Below are positions 8,963-18,342 of a DNA stretch of 64,000 nucleotides, piece by piece (position 1 is the stretch's first letter; each line of letters opens with the position of its first letter). The DNA is taken from positions 160,001-224,000 of the forward strand of contig CAVPIW010000010.1 of assembly GCA_963705105.1 (NCBI GenBank), in the 5' to 3' direction. Below the pieces are notes generated by a model that searched no databases, was not told the origin of the DNA, and was given only the letters and a program-made list of their open reading frames with translations. The DNA is from an uncultured Nitrospiraceae bacterium (lineage in GTDB: Bacteria > Nitrospirota > Thermodesulfovibrionia > Thermodesulfovibrionales > Dissulfurispiraceae). Made by a program: the position numbers and the translations under genes.

Positions 8963-9713
8963 GCAGGATCTCCTTTGCGAGGGAAAGGTAGCTCTGCGCT
9001 CCCTTTGATCGCGCGTCATACAGAATGGCCGGTTTTCCGTGGCTCGGAGCCTCGCCAAGGGTCACATTCCTGGGGATGAGGGTGGTGTAAACCTTTTCTT
9101 TGAAGAATCTCCTCACCTCACCCTCCACCTGGTGAGAGAGGGTGTTCCTCGGATCGAACATGGTCAGGAGAATGCCCTCGATCGTGAGGGCGGGATTGAA
9201 TGATCCCCTCACGCGCGTGAGCGTCCGCGTCAGGAGACTCAGGCCCTCGAGGGAATAATACTCGCACTGCACCGGGACGAGGATGGAATCGGCCGCGACG
9301 AGGCCGTTCAGAGTGAGTATCCCGAGGGATGGCGGGCAATCGATCATGATGTAGCGGAAACGGTCTTTGACAGGGGCTATGGCCTGAGACAGAATCTTTT
9401 CCCTGTCCTGCCGCTGCGTCAGCTCGACTTCAACGCCGAGCAGGTCGATCGTTGACGGGACGATGAAGAGACGCGGCATCGACGTCTCGATGATGGCCTC
9501 CTCAAGGGGAATCCTGCCCAGATAGACGTCATAGAGGCTCTTCGTCACTCCGCGGCGGTTAATGCCGAGACCGCTCGTGAGGTTGCCCTGGGGATCGGAA
9601 TCGATGACAAGGATGTCGACATCCGCCAGGGCCAGGGAAGCGGCGAGGTTGATCGTCGTCGTCGTTTTCCCGACCCCTCCCTTCTGATTGGCGATGACGA
9701 TTGTCTTTCCCAC
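8934..9713 (-). CDS. parA: Chromosome partitioning ATPase ParA/Soj
   Basis: NQKGGVGKTTT, DSDPQGN, IDCPPSLG, EAPSHG. Confidence 0.95.
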   Translation of the reverse strand: MGKTIVIANQKGGVGKTTTTINLAASLALADVDILVIDSDPQGNLTSGLGINRRGVTKSLYDVYLGRIPLEEAIIETSMPRLFIVPSTIDLLGVEVELTQRQDREKILSQAIAPVKDRFRYIMIDCPPSLGILTLNGLVAADSILVPVQCEYYSLEGLSLLTRTLTRVRGSFNPALTIEGILLTMFDPRNTLSHQVEGEVRRFFKEKVYTTLIPRNVTLGEAPSHGKPAILYDARSKGAQSYLSLAKEILHENSVRPRA

Positions 9714-9801
9714 GGCATCCCTATTCTATCACGTTCAAAAAAGAGAATACTAATGGGAGGTTTCACTATGAATGCGATATACTTAAGAAAAGGAGGCAGC
9801 C

Positions 9802-10344
9802 ATGGAAGAGGCGAGGAAATTTCAGGCAAAGAACGGTGAAACGATCACCATCAGACCTGCTGAGCCGGTAGACTCCTGCGAGATCATCGACACGATCCGG
9901 TCCAACGCGCAGGAGCGGAGCTACGTCCTTATGGAACAATACGGCAAGACCGTCAAGTCCGAGCAGGCATATATCTCCGGCATCGACCGGAACAAGAACC
10001 TCCTCATCGTCGCCGCTGTCGGCGTCGAAGTCATCGGGTGCCTTGCCGCCCTTCAGGCAGACGGCGGGAAACGGGAAGAAACGGCACATATCCTCCACGT
10101 CGGTCTTCACCTGAAGGAGGCGTACCGCGGCCTCGGCATAGGAGGACAGATGCTCTCCTACGCGGTCGAATGGGCCCGGGAGGCGGGGTTCGGGAAGATC
10201 GAGGCGAGCATATTCACCATGAACAAGGTCTCCCTCAAGCTCTTCAGCCACGCCGGGTTCACCGAGGAAGGGGTCAGGCACAAAAGGATACGGCTCGGAT
10301 CGGAGTTCATTGACGAGGTCCTCATGGGGAAGGTCCTTGAATGA
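9802..10344 (+). CDS. GNAT family N-acetyltransferase
   Basis: YRGLGIG acetyl-CoA binding motif; N...LF...GFTEEG. Confidence 0.85.
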   Translation: MEEARKFQAKNGETITIRPAEPVDSCEIIDTIRSNAQERSYVLMEQYGKTVKSEQAYISGIDRNKNLLIVAAVGVEVIGCLAALQADGGKREETAHILHVGLHLKEAYRGLGIGGQMLSYAVEWAREAGFGKIEASIFTMNKVSLKLFSHAGFTEEGVRHKRIRLGSEFIDEVLMGKVLE

Positions 10345-11265
10345 CCGTCGTGACGGGCCTGGGGCAGTGCTGCCTCGACTCCCTCGTTCTCGTCGACGGC
10401 TATCCCCCTGCGGATTCGAAAAAAGAGGTGCTCGCGTGGCATGAGCAGGGCGGCGGCCCCGTCGCCACGGCACTCGTTGCGCTTTCTCGCCTCGGCGTGT
10501 CCTGTCGATTCTACGGCATCACAGGCGATGACGAGGCCGGCGAGAAGATACGGCAGTCCCTTTCTGAGGAAGGGATCGATGTCAGGGGTCTTGTCCGGCG
10601 CCGGGGGGCTCTTTCTCAGAGGGCCTTCATCGTCGTCGACCGCTCAAGCGCAAAGAGGACGATCTTCTGGAAGCGGCCGACGGGCGATCCTCTGAGACCG
10701 GAAGAGCTCGGATGAGACATTTTGAATGACAGCTCCTTCCTCCTCCTCGACGGCCTCATGGCCGATGCATCCATAGCGGCTGCGCAGTCTGCGAGAGCCC
10801 TCGGTGTGCCTGTCATGCTCGATGCAGGGAGGATGAGGGCGGGGATGACCGATGTGGCCATGCACTCCGATTATCTCGTGGCTTCGGAGGAGTTTGCCCG
10901 TGACCTGGTCTGGGACGTCACGCCGGAGCATCTGGAGAGGGAACGGGAACGACTCGGTGTCCGGGCGGTTACGGTGACGCTCGGGGACAGGGGCAGTGTC
11001 ACGGCAAGCTCGGACAGTGCCTTTCTGACGCCTGCCTTCCCGGTCGAGGCCGTCGACACGACCGGCGCCGGGGACGTGTTTCACGGCGGTATATATCTAC
11101 GGGTTGCTTCAGGGCTGGCAGCTTGCCGATACGGTGACGTTCGCCTCGGCACTGGCGGCGATGAAGTGCACAAAGATAGGGGGGAGGGCCGGCATCCCCA
11201 ACCTTGAAGAGGTCACCCGCTTCATGCAAAAGCACGGCCATCCCTCAACATCATGCCGTACGTAG
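10341..11265 (+). pseudogene. PfkB family carbohydrate kinase, interrupted (in-frame TGA 10713-10715 and +1 shift near 11091); possibly intact gene with sequencing errors
   Basis: GGGPVATA N-terminal motif; VDTTGAGDVFHGG followed in a shifted frame by YIYGLLQGW...AAMKCTKIGGR. Confidence 0.75.
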
Positions 11266-11326
11266 GGTCTGCTCCCCGAGCAGACCGCGTCATTAATGTC
11301 GGGCCGTTCGGGGAACGGCCCCTACA
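11261..11326. repeat. Pair of GTAG-type REP palindromes (BIME-like)
   Basis: GTAGGGTCTGCTCCCCGAGCAGACC and inverted GGGCCGTTCGGGGAACGGCCCCTAC; the same units recur at 32582-32607 and 41268-41332. Confidence 0.75.
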
Positions 11327-11518
11327 GGATTCCACTTTTCACCACATCAGCCTCCCCGTCGTGCGTCTGTCATCCAATTCCTGTCTATTGTCTACTGTCT
11401 ACTGTTTCCTGTCTAATGTTGCGTGGCAGCTTCGCCCCGCCTTTCCGGAAAGCGTATACAGCGATAAGGACTATCCTGTTGTTTCTTAACGTTCTTTGCT
11501 GCTTTGCGTGAGACGGAC

Positions 11519-12634
11519 TTAGGTGCTCCTTTCACGGGTGACAGCCCCTGCCGAGTTTTTCTTCAGGAAGCGCTTGAGCCGGAGGCGGTTGAAATACGTA
11601 ACGGGGCTCTCCGATGCCTTCACCTTCCCTTTCAGCACAGCTTCAGGTTCCAAGATCAGGTCAAGGACATGGGCTGTAGAAGTTATCTTGTTGAGAAAGT
11701 TGACGCAGCCTGCGCAGTAGGTGATCACCTTCTTGTCCTTCACCTCTCCCTTCCGTATTTGACCCCATGTCCCGGCCAGTTCCGGTGACAGGAAACCCAC
11801 GGCCCCGCCTTCTCCGCAACAAAGGGTCTTCGTCCTGGAATGCACCATCTCCTCGACCGTGAGCCCGACAGCAGTGACGAGACTCCTCACGGCATCATGG
11901 ATGCCTTCTTCAAACCGCACGGCGCAGGGATCATGAATCATTACGTTACCGCTGACACGGGGCATCTTCGGCAGCTCAAGCTCGGCCATGACTTCATACA
12001 CGGTCCTGACGGAGAGGGGAGCGCCGAAGCGGCTGAATATCTTATGGCAGTTGGGACAGGCGACGAGAACATGCTGCACACCCTGATCCAGGAGGTATCC
12101 TTTCATTTCATCAAACATGATTGTCATGTGTGACTCGCGGCCGAGATCGTGGGAGGGATTGGTGCAGCAGTCGAGGACTATGCCGATGTCTGGAATGTTG
12201 TGTTTTAATTGTTCAAACGCTTTAAGCACCGTGCCGGGCCTCGCTCCGGGCAGGGCGCAGCCGGGGAAAAAGACGGTCCTGCATCCCTGCGGAAGCATGT
12301 AATGCGTGTACCTCCGGGACGTTCCCCTGCGCTCGTATCCGAGAAACGACTCGTGCTCCCGATATGTCCCGAAGCCTCTCGACACTGCCTCCCTGCGCAT
12401 TTCGAGAAACATATCGGAAGGATTGACTTTTACGGGACAGACGGCTGCGCACAACCGGCACAGGCTGCACTCGAAGGGCATCCTGTGGTGTTTTCCCTTA
12501 CCAGGGTCATATGACCCTGCGATGTCTTTCGGCTTGCCGTATTTTCTGAGAAAGGCGCATTCCTTCTGGCAAAGGTCGCACATGATGCAGCCGCTGAAAA
12601 TGCCCTCCAGTTGCTGCCGAAGCGCGAACCTCAT
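11519..12634 (-). CDS. 4Fe-4S dicluster plus cysteine-rich (CCG) domain protein, HdrD/GlpC-like
   Basis: CIMCDLCQKEC, CSLCRLCAAVCP, FFPGC, HDPC, LCCGEGG, YCAGC. Confidence 0.85.
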   Translation of the reverse strand: MRFALRQQLEGIFSGCIMCDLCQKECAFLRKYGKPKDIAGSYDPGKGKHHRMPFECSLCRLCAAVCPVKVNPSDMFLEMRREAVSRGFGTYREHESFLGYERRGTSRRYTHYMLPQGCRTVFFPGCALPGARPGTVLKAFEQLKHNIPDIGIVLDCCTNPSHDLGRESHMTIMFDEMKGYLLDQGVQHVLVACPNCHKIFSRFGAPLSVRTVYEVMAELELPKMPRVSGNVMIHDPCAVRFEEGIHDAVRSLVTAVGLTVEEMVHSRTKTLCCGEGGAVGFLSPELAGTWGQIRKGEVKDKKVITYCAGCVNFLNKITSTAHVLDLILEPEAVLKGKVKASESPVTYFNRLRLKRFLKKNSAGAVTRERST

Positions 12635-12647
12635 GGTCCAGGCACCC

Positions 12648-13148
12648 TCACTCCCTGCAGAGACCTGAAAATATGCTGCGGAGTGTCGCCTCGTCAATCC
12701 TCTTCATGAGGTCCTCCTCGAATGCTTCCGACCATCGTCGCTCCTCCTCGAGAATCAGAAACTCCGAAGGCATATCGTCGGCGTCGTCTTCGGCGCACAT
12801 TTCCTCACTGCCATATCTGTCGATGACGGACTGAAAACCCTTGTTCCTCTCGATCCAGCGCAGGCATTCCTCATGGTTGCCCAGGAAGAGAAGCACAAGC
12901 ACGTTCTCCTGCCTCTGGCAGATCATCCGATAACCGTCAGCAAGGTCATATTTAAGACACTTTTTGATCCGGTGTTCGCCCCATCTCGTCATTCTGCGCG
13001 CATCGGCAATCTCACATATTTCCAGAGACTTGATCCGCTCGATAACCTTTTCCGCCTTTCTTGCCACGACTGCCGATTTGCCCCCCTTCCGCTTGAGGAC
13101 CGCCAGGCTTTTCTCGAACTTCTCATCGCGAATGATCGTCATGTTCAT
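12648..13148 (-). CDS. Hypothetical protein with RelE/ParE-like N-terminal domain and acidic tail
   Basis: Basic N-terminus, KYDLADGYRMI...LLFLGNHEE pattern resembles the RelE fold; family not confirmed. Confidence 0.5.
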   Translation of the reverse strand: MNMTIIRDEKFEKSLAVLKRKGGKSAVVARKAEKVIERIKSLEICEIADARRMTRWGEHRIKKCLKYDLADGYRMICQRQENVLVLLFLGNHEECLRWIERNKGFQSVIDRYGSEEMCAEDDADDMPSEFLILEEERRWSEAFEEDLMKRIDEATLRSIFSGLCRE

Positions 13149-13151
13149 CTC

Positions 13152-13371
13152 GTTACCCTTATCGTCGCAAAATACTCCCCGGAAAGACGGGGCGTATGCG
13201 CCGAAAACCTTGCTGCGGCGACACCGTAACCCTCACAGAAGACAACCTTTCAGGCCAATGGTCGATCACACAAAGAGTGGAATCATGAAAGACAAACCTT
13301 ACGAGGAGTATCGTCGCCTTCAGCAAGGCTTTGAGGCGCTTCGCCCCGTCCTTCTGTGCAAGGTTACCTTA
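13152..13371. repeat. MITE-like repeat copy
   Basis: Near reverse complement of 55056-55275 and 27628-27843 (GCGCCGAAAACCTTGCTGCGGCGACACC...TATCGTCGCCTTCAGCAAGGCTTTGAGGCGCTTCGCCCCG). Confidence 0.85.
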
Positions 13372-13412
13372 TTTTTGCATCCGCCCTCCCATGCAACAGG
13401 AGGAATCATTTC

Positions 13413-13922
13413 CTATTTCTTGCCGACCGGGTAGTCCGCGTCCATCCAGGCCTTGATGCCACCGGGATAGCGGTAGACATTCCTGTATCCAAGCTTCACC
13501 GCCCACATGGCGCCGTTGTGGCTGCGGGTGCACTTGGTGAAGCCGCAGTAAAAGACGATGAGTCTGTCCTTGTTCGGACCGAGGAGCTTCTCGAGTTCCG
13601 CCTTCTTCTTGTCATCGAGACTCGTCATCTCCGGGATGGGGAATTCCATCTGCACCGCGCCGGGGACATGATTCTTTTTATAACTGTCCTCGTAAGGCAT
13701 CGTGTCGACGATGAGCATGTCCTTCTTCTGGTCGATCCAGCCCTTCAATTCCTCCGTTGTGACGATCTTGTAGCCGCCCCTCGCAACCTCGCGAGCGAAG
13801 GTCACGGCGATCTTCTCCGTCTCCAGTTCCTTGGCGCCCCACGCGGCGATCCCGACACCGGACAGGCCGAACACAACGGCGACAACGACGGCAACGGCGA
13901 TACACAGACCTCTCGTGAACAT
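13413..13922 (-). CDS. Exported rhodanese-like sulfurtransferase (single domain)
   Basis: Signal peptide; VDTMP...HVPGA, FYCGFTKCTRS active-site loop, YPGGIKAW. Confidence 0.9.
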   Translation of the reverse strand: MFTRGLCIAVAVVVAVVFGLSGVGIAAWGAKELETEKIAVTFAREVARGGYKIVTTEELKGWIDQKKDMLIVDTMPYEDSYKKNHVPGAVQMEFPIPEMTSLDDKKKAELEKLLGPNKDRLIVFYCGFTKCTRSHNGAMWAVKLGYRNVYRYPGGIKAWMDADYPVGKK

Positions 13923-13932
13923 ACAAACCTCC

Positions 13933-14469
13933 TCATATCATCGATTTTATGTGGTTCCACACACCGTGGACGTGCTGCCTCGCCGGTGAAATCCACCGGA
14001 CTATGTACAGATACAGGGCGCCTCCGAGCATGGCGATATCGCGGTAGAAAGCGTTCCACAGACCCGCCTGTCCGCTGATTTCCTCCTCGGAAAAGCAGCC
14101 GCAGTCGATGTCGAGCCCGCTCAGGATGCCGTACCAAAGGACAACGATGAAGAGAACAAGGAGCAGCGTGACAAGGGTAAGACCGCCTGTGACGTTGAAT
14201 ACGAGACCCGCTCCCCCGACCACCTCGAGCACGGGAAGACCGACGGCTATGAAGGGAAGCCAGCTCTCCGGCGCAAGGTCGTAGGAAGCGATCGTCCGGG
14301 CAAAGGCCTTGGGATCCGTGAGTTTGATCACACCCGCATAGATGAAGACGGCGCCTATGACACAGCGCACTGCGAGTGAAAGCCTGCGGTCCGTCAGAAA
14401 TGCGCCGATCCTACGGATGGCCGACCCTGTCGCTGCAGGACTGGTATGAGAGGGATCCCGAATGCTCAT
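13933..14469 (-). CDS. MauE/DoxX family redox membrane protein
   Basis: VFIYAGVIKL, four TM helices, GLDIDCGCF motif. Confidence 0.85.
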   Translation of the reverse strand: MSIRDPSHTSPAATGSAIRRIGAFLTDRRLSLAVRCVIGAVFIYAGVIKLTDPKAFARTIASYDLAPESWLPFIAVGLPVLEVVGGAGLVFNVTGGLTLVTLLLVLFIVVLWYGILSGLDIDCGCFSEEEISGQAGLWNAFYRDIAMLGGALYLYIVRWISPARQHVHGVWNHIKSMI

Positions 14470-14481
14470 TGCACAGCCCCT

Positions 14482-15231
14482 TTACGCGCCGTTCATGGCG
14501 ATACGGGCCGCCCCGAGGGCGGCGAGCATGTCGGGATGACCGGGAACATGCACCCTTGTCCGGAGACGCTCCTCGAACACATGGCGCAGGCAGAGATTCC
14601 GGGCGCAGCCGCCTGCAAAGACCACGTCATCCTTCACACCGACCCTCTGGAGAAGACCGACGACCCTGATCGCGACGGAGCGATGGAGCGCTGCGGCGAT
14701 CGACCCCCTTTCCATCCCCTTTGTGATCAGTCCGATCACCTCCGACTCGGCGAAAACGGTGCACATGCTGTTGATCTTGATGCCGTCATCGCCGGAACCG
14801 CACTGGCTCCCGAATTCGTCCATATCGAAACTTAGGGCCTTCGCCATGATCTCGAGGAACCTGCCGGTGCCGGCCGCGCACCGGTCGTTCATCTCAAAGT
14901 CCGTCACCTGGCCCTCTTCGTTCAGGACGACGACTTTCGTATCCTGTCCGCCGATATCGATGATGGTGCGGCATGTGGGCAGCACCTCGCGTACACCCCT
15001 TGCCACCGCCTTGATCTCCGTGACGGTCCTGACCTCGCCGTGCACCTCAAGGAGGTACCTGCCGTACCCTGTGGCGACAAGCCTGTCCGGCTTTTTCGAT
15101 TCCATGAGCTCCCTGCAGACGGCAAGGGGGTTGTGGCCCGTCTCCCTTCGCTCATAGAGAATGGGACTCCCGCCGTCCAAAAGGGTATATTTGATGTAGC
15201 GGGAGCCGATGTCGATGCCCCCGCAAATCAC
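14482..15231 (-). CDS. CoA-dehydratase activase-type ATPase (BadF/BadG/BcrA/BcrD; DCCP reductase-like)
   Basis: GIDIGSR, ATGYGR, IDIGGQDTK, MNDRCAAGTGRFLE, SMCTVFAESE. Confidence 0.92.
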   Translation of the reverse strand: MICGGIDIGSRYIKYTLLDGGSPILYERRETGHNPLAVCRELMESKKPDRLVATGYGRYLLEVHGEVRTVTEIKAVARGVREVLPTCRTIIDIGGQDTKVVVLNEEGQVTDFEMNDRCAAGTGRFLEIMAKALSFDMDEFGSQCGSGDDGIKINSMCTVFAESEVIGLITKGMERGSIAAALHRSVAIRVVGLLQRVGVKDDVVFAGGCARNLCLRHVFEERLRTRVHVPGHPDMLAALGAARIAMNGA

Positions 15232-16520
15232 GCGTGGACGCCCTTGCCGATCATCTCCAGAAATGCCTCGATCCTCGTCTTGAGCTGGCCGAAATCCTCC
15301 ATGCTGTAGTCCGTCTCGATCCTCAGGAAGGGCAGGTTGATCGCCTCGACGGCGTTTTTCGCGCGGAACGCCTCCACCATGTAAGGCGTGCAGAACTGAA
15401 GAGCGTAGTGGATGACGCCGTCAGCGCCTAGCCGCTTCGCCATTTCGACGATGTTTTCCATACGTTCCGTATTCGGCGTGAAACAGGCGCAGTCGATGGA
15501 GACATACCGGGAGGCGATGTTGTCCAGTCCCTCATCAACGGTCCGGAAGGCCTCGTCGAGGAGGCTTCTGAAATTCCGCTCGCCGACGCAGGACTCCTCG
15601 CCGACGACGACGGCGCCGCTGCCTTCGATGATGGCGTGGACCTTCCAGTTGGGGATCGCCATGGGAGAGCCCGACAGAAGCACCCGCGTCGTTCCCTTCG
15701 GCGCGACGCCCCTTCCTGCGGTGATTCTCAGGTCCAGTTCGTCGCAGAGCTCATTCACCTTGGCCGTAAACCGCAAAGGATCGTCGTAAAAGGAGACCTG
15801 GTTGATGAGCAGTGCGTCGAGCCCGGAAATCGGGGCGGGATCGGCCTTCCTCAATGCGGCAAGCCTCTGGAGGGCCTTTCTCTTTGCGTTGACGATGGCG
15901 GCGGCCTTCGCCAGGTTGTCGAGGGTGATCCGCCTGCCCGTCACCTCCTCGAGTTTTTTCGCGAAACGCTTCACCTCTTTTGCCCAGAGGCGCCTGCTCT
16001 CCTCACCCTTCATGTTCGGCAATTCCATCACGTAGACCTTCTTCGTGATCTCGTCGAAGATCTCATAGGCCTTTTTCTTTCCGTCGCACGTCGTCTCGCC
16101 GACGATGAGGTCCGTCAGCTCGACGTAGGGGCAGAGACCGGCGAGCTTGAAGCCCATGAAGGCCTTGATGAGGGCGCAGGTGTTGCGGGGGATGTACTGC
16201 TCCGCCTCGGACGTGCCGACGTCGGCGCCGGCGCAAAGGCCGATGCAGACGCCGTCGACGGCGAGGACAAGCTCCTCCGGCACGTAGACGCAAAAGGTGC
16301 CGATCACCTTCTTCCCCTGGTCCTTGGCGTTGACGATCTCCTCGATCCTGAGGCCATGGACCTCCGATATGACGAAATCGAAGTACCCCATGCCTTCGGG
16401 CCTGTTTTTCTGGGAGAGATAGATGTTTTTGTACGCGTCGGACAGGACGGCCAGCAGGCCGTTATGGGCCTCGAGATTGAGGCCGATGGAGCTCCACATG
16501 TTTGTATAATCCTTTGACAT
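15228..16520 (-). CDS. 2-hydroxyacyl-CoA dehydratase family protein, double-cubane-cluster (DCCP) type
   Basis: TFCVYVPEE, LCAG, NTCALIK, ETTCDGKKK, EESCVGER, IDCACFTPN, LQFCTPY, ETDYSMEDFGQLKTRIEAFLE. Confidence 0.85.
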   Translation of the reverse strand: MSKDYTNMWSSIGLNLEAHNGLLAVLSDAYKNIYLSQKNRPEGMGYFDFVISEVHGLRIEEIVNAKDQGKKVIGTFCVYVPEELVLAVDGVCIGLCAGADVGTSEAEQYIPRNTCALIKAFMGFKLAGLCPYVELTDLIVGETTCDGKKKAYEIFDEITKKVYVMELPNMKGEESRRLWAKEVKRFAKKLEEVTGRRITLDNLAKAAAIVNAKRKALQRLAALRKADPAPISGLDALLINQVSFYDDPLRFTAKVNELCDELDLRITAGRGVAPKGTTRVLLSGSPMAIPNWKVHAIIEGSGAVVVGEESCVGERNFRSLLDEAFRTVDEGLDNIASRYVSIDCACFTPNTERMENIVEMAKRLGADGVIHYALQFCTPYMVEAFRAKNAVEAINLPFLRIETDYSMEDFGQLKTRIEAFLEMIGKGVHA

Positions 16521-16595
16521 GATGCGCCTCCTTTATGATGCTTTTTGTATTGCCAGGGCTGCTCCGCAGCCTTTTTGCACGTCCTTCTGCGTATC

Positions 16596-16691
16596 TGGAG
16601 GGGGGTAGTGGGAATCGAACCCACCACAGCGTCTTTGACTACCGTGTTACTGGTTTTGCAGACCAGGCGGGGCGCCAGCCCCTTACCCCCC
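16596..16691 (-). tRNA. Atypical tRNA-Cys(GCA) with tRNA-Sec-like architecture (selC*-like)
   Basis: GGGGGGTA-A-GGGGC TGGC GCCCC-GC-CTGGT CTGCAAA ACCAG-TAA-CACGGTAGTC AAA GACGCTGTG-GTGGG TTCGATT CCCAC-TACCCCCC-T-CCA: 8-bp acceptor, 4-nt D loop, GCA anticodon, long variable arm, 5-bp T stem, U73, encoded CCA. Confidence 0.88.
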
Positions 16692-16887
16692 GTGCGCAGC
16701 CTCCCGGCCGCGATTCAGCAGCCCTTCAGAGCGCCATCTTCGGCGCCCTTTTCATGGGCCGACTGCACGGGGAGTGGATATCTGTGTCCAAACCTGCCTG
16801 CATGAGAATTCCATTGTTCACATCAATACCGTTTTTTGTCATGCCTGACCTATTCGTTCGGGGAAAACACAAAGAAGACCCGCGTGA

Positions 16888-17646
16888 TCAGCGCTCCACC
16901 GGCATCCCCGCATCCTTCCAATCCGCGAAGAGTGACTGGTATATGTTCTTGTAATCCATCTTTATGAGCTTCCTGTATGCAAGATAGCTCCTGCTCCCTG
17001 TGTTGCAATAGACAATAATCTTTTTTTCCTTCGGCAGGATGTCCTGGCTGGTCGCAAAGGTCTCGGCGGGGATGTTTAAAGCCGTCGGGATGTGGCCCTC
17101 CTTATACTCTGCCGCGTCTCTCACGTCGACGAGGACGTACCCGTCCTTATTCCCCTCCATGAGAGCTTTGAGTGCGGTGGGGGAGAGCTTTGTCGTTTCA
17201 ATCTTTTTGTCATAGTCCGGACCGGCAACAATCGGGAGGTTCATCTCCTCCCAAACGGGGAAGCCCTCACTGTAGATGCGAATATTTTTGTACCCGAGAG
17301 CTGCGGCCTTCACGGCGGTACGTTTGCTCTTCCCGCACTTGACACCGTTGCAGTAAAAAACGAGCGGATTCTCCTTGTTCTCAGGAAGCAGGGAACGCTG
17401 CTCGTCAAACTTCTTCTCCGGGATGTTGATCGACCCGACGATGTGGGCCTCGCTAAATTCCTCTTCAGTGCGGGCGTCGACAAGCGCGAAAGGTGTCTTC
17501 TGTTCCATCATTGCCTTGAGTTCAGATGTGGTGATGAGGGGATAGTCCGCCGCCGCCGGACGCCGGTCCGATGTGACCACAACAGCGAAGACGATAAGGA
17601 AAATAATGAATGCACGTCCCAATTGAGCAACACTACGTTGTATCAC
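16888..17646 (-). CDS. Exported tandem rhodanese-domain protein
   Basis: Signal peptide; two domains with VDAR...HIVGS/FYCNGVKCGKS and VDVR...HIPTA/VYCNTGSRS. Confidence 0.9.
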   Translation of the reverse strand: MIQRSVAQLGRAFIIFLIVFAVVVTSDRRPAAADYPLITTSELKAMMEQKTPFALVDARTEEEFSEAHIVGSINIPEKKFDEQRSLLPENKENPLVFYCNGVKCGKSKRTAVKAAALGYKNIRIYSEGFPVWEEMNLPIVAGPDYDKKIETTKLSPTALKALMEGNKDGYVLVDVRDAAEYKEGHIPTALNIPAETFATSQDILPKEKKIIVYCNTGSRSYLAYRKLIKMDYKNIYQSLFADWKDAGMPVER

Positions 17647-17779
17647 ACGACCTCCAAATAGATGTTTTTGCAGAAATTGGGAAATTTTATAATAGTCTTT
17701 TTCTATAACTCCAATACATTATTCCGATGTGTTATGCATTATGCATAGAAAATCACGATTGAAGACAAATATGTGTCCA

Positions 17780-18105
17780 CACCCCTGTCAAAAATATTGT
17801 GCAGCCGGACTTTGAAAAACGAGGATAGGGTGCGGTTTCTGAGGCATAATTCACGGTTGCCTTGCTCGAAAAGACGGTGCAAAACGCCTGAAAAACAGCC
17901 TCGGTGACAGCGTCAGTAAAAGGTTCATCGTTTATTCTCACGTCTGACTGCGATGGTCTGTACGGGAAGGCAGAGGTTTCGCAGCACCGATGCTTTTCAG
18001 CGCATTCGCCCCGTCTTTCCTGAGATCTCATTGCGGTGATAAGGGTTTATTTTGCAAAGAAAGCATGCCCTATCCTCGTATCGCATTATTTTAGGCATCA
18101 TGAAG
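17780..18105. repeat. Intergenic repeat related to 32760-32985 and 46590-46890
   Basis: Shared blocks GAGGATAGGGTG.GGTTTCTGA, GGGAAGGCAGAGGTTTCGCAGCACCGATGCTTTTC, CCTGAGATCTCATTG, GCATGCCCTATCCTCGT. Confidence 0.8.
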
Positions 18106-18193
18106 TGTCCAAAAAACTTTCTTCGTTGCAGACGCACCCAAGAAAGTCTTTTCCCGCTTTTTATACAACGACGGGTCAACCTGAATGATATTG

Positions 18194-18209
18194 TGGCATC
18201 CCTGTTGCT
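18194..18209 (+). promoter_or_regulatory. Putative sigma-54 (-24/-12) promoter
   Basis: TGGCAT-CCCTG-TTGCT fits TGGCAC-N5-TTGC spacing, about 135 bp before the DUF4126 gene. Confidence 0.45.
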
Positions 18210-18342
18210 ATAATGATTATTGTGTAAGGCATGAAACGGCGTGTTTTCAGGTGAATGACGGGACGGATCTCCTGAAATGCGGAAACGTCTCCCCGTGAGA
18301 GGACCGTACTGACGACCTGATTGTCACAGCGAGGAGGGGAAA

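Noticed and set aside
10705..10730. In-frame TGA in the PfkB gene as a selenocysteine or Cys recoding site
   Set aside because: Not a conserved Cys position; removing one G and adding one T in adjacent homopolymers gives a natural ELDETFLND; the gene has another indel near 11091; the nearby tRNA has a GCA anticodon, not UCA.
16596..16691. Calling the tRNA an ordinary selC tRNA-Sec
   Set aside because: Anticodon is GCA and the discriminator is U, both Cys determinants, and no sel genes are in the window.
16715..16842. Small selenopeptide ORF ending GGC TGC TGA upstream of the tRNA
   Set aside because: That frame is closed by upstream stops and has no convincing start or RBS; the alternative 38-codon ORF has no supporting features.
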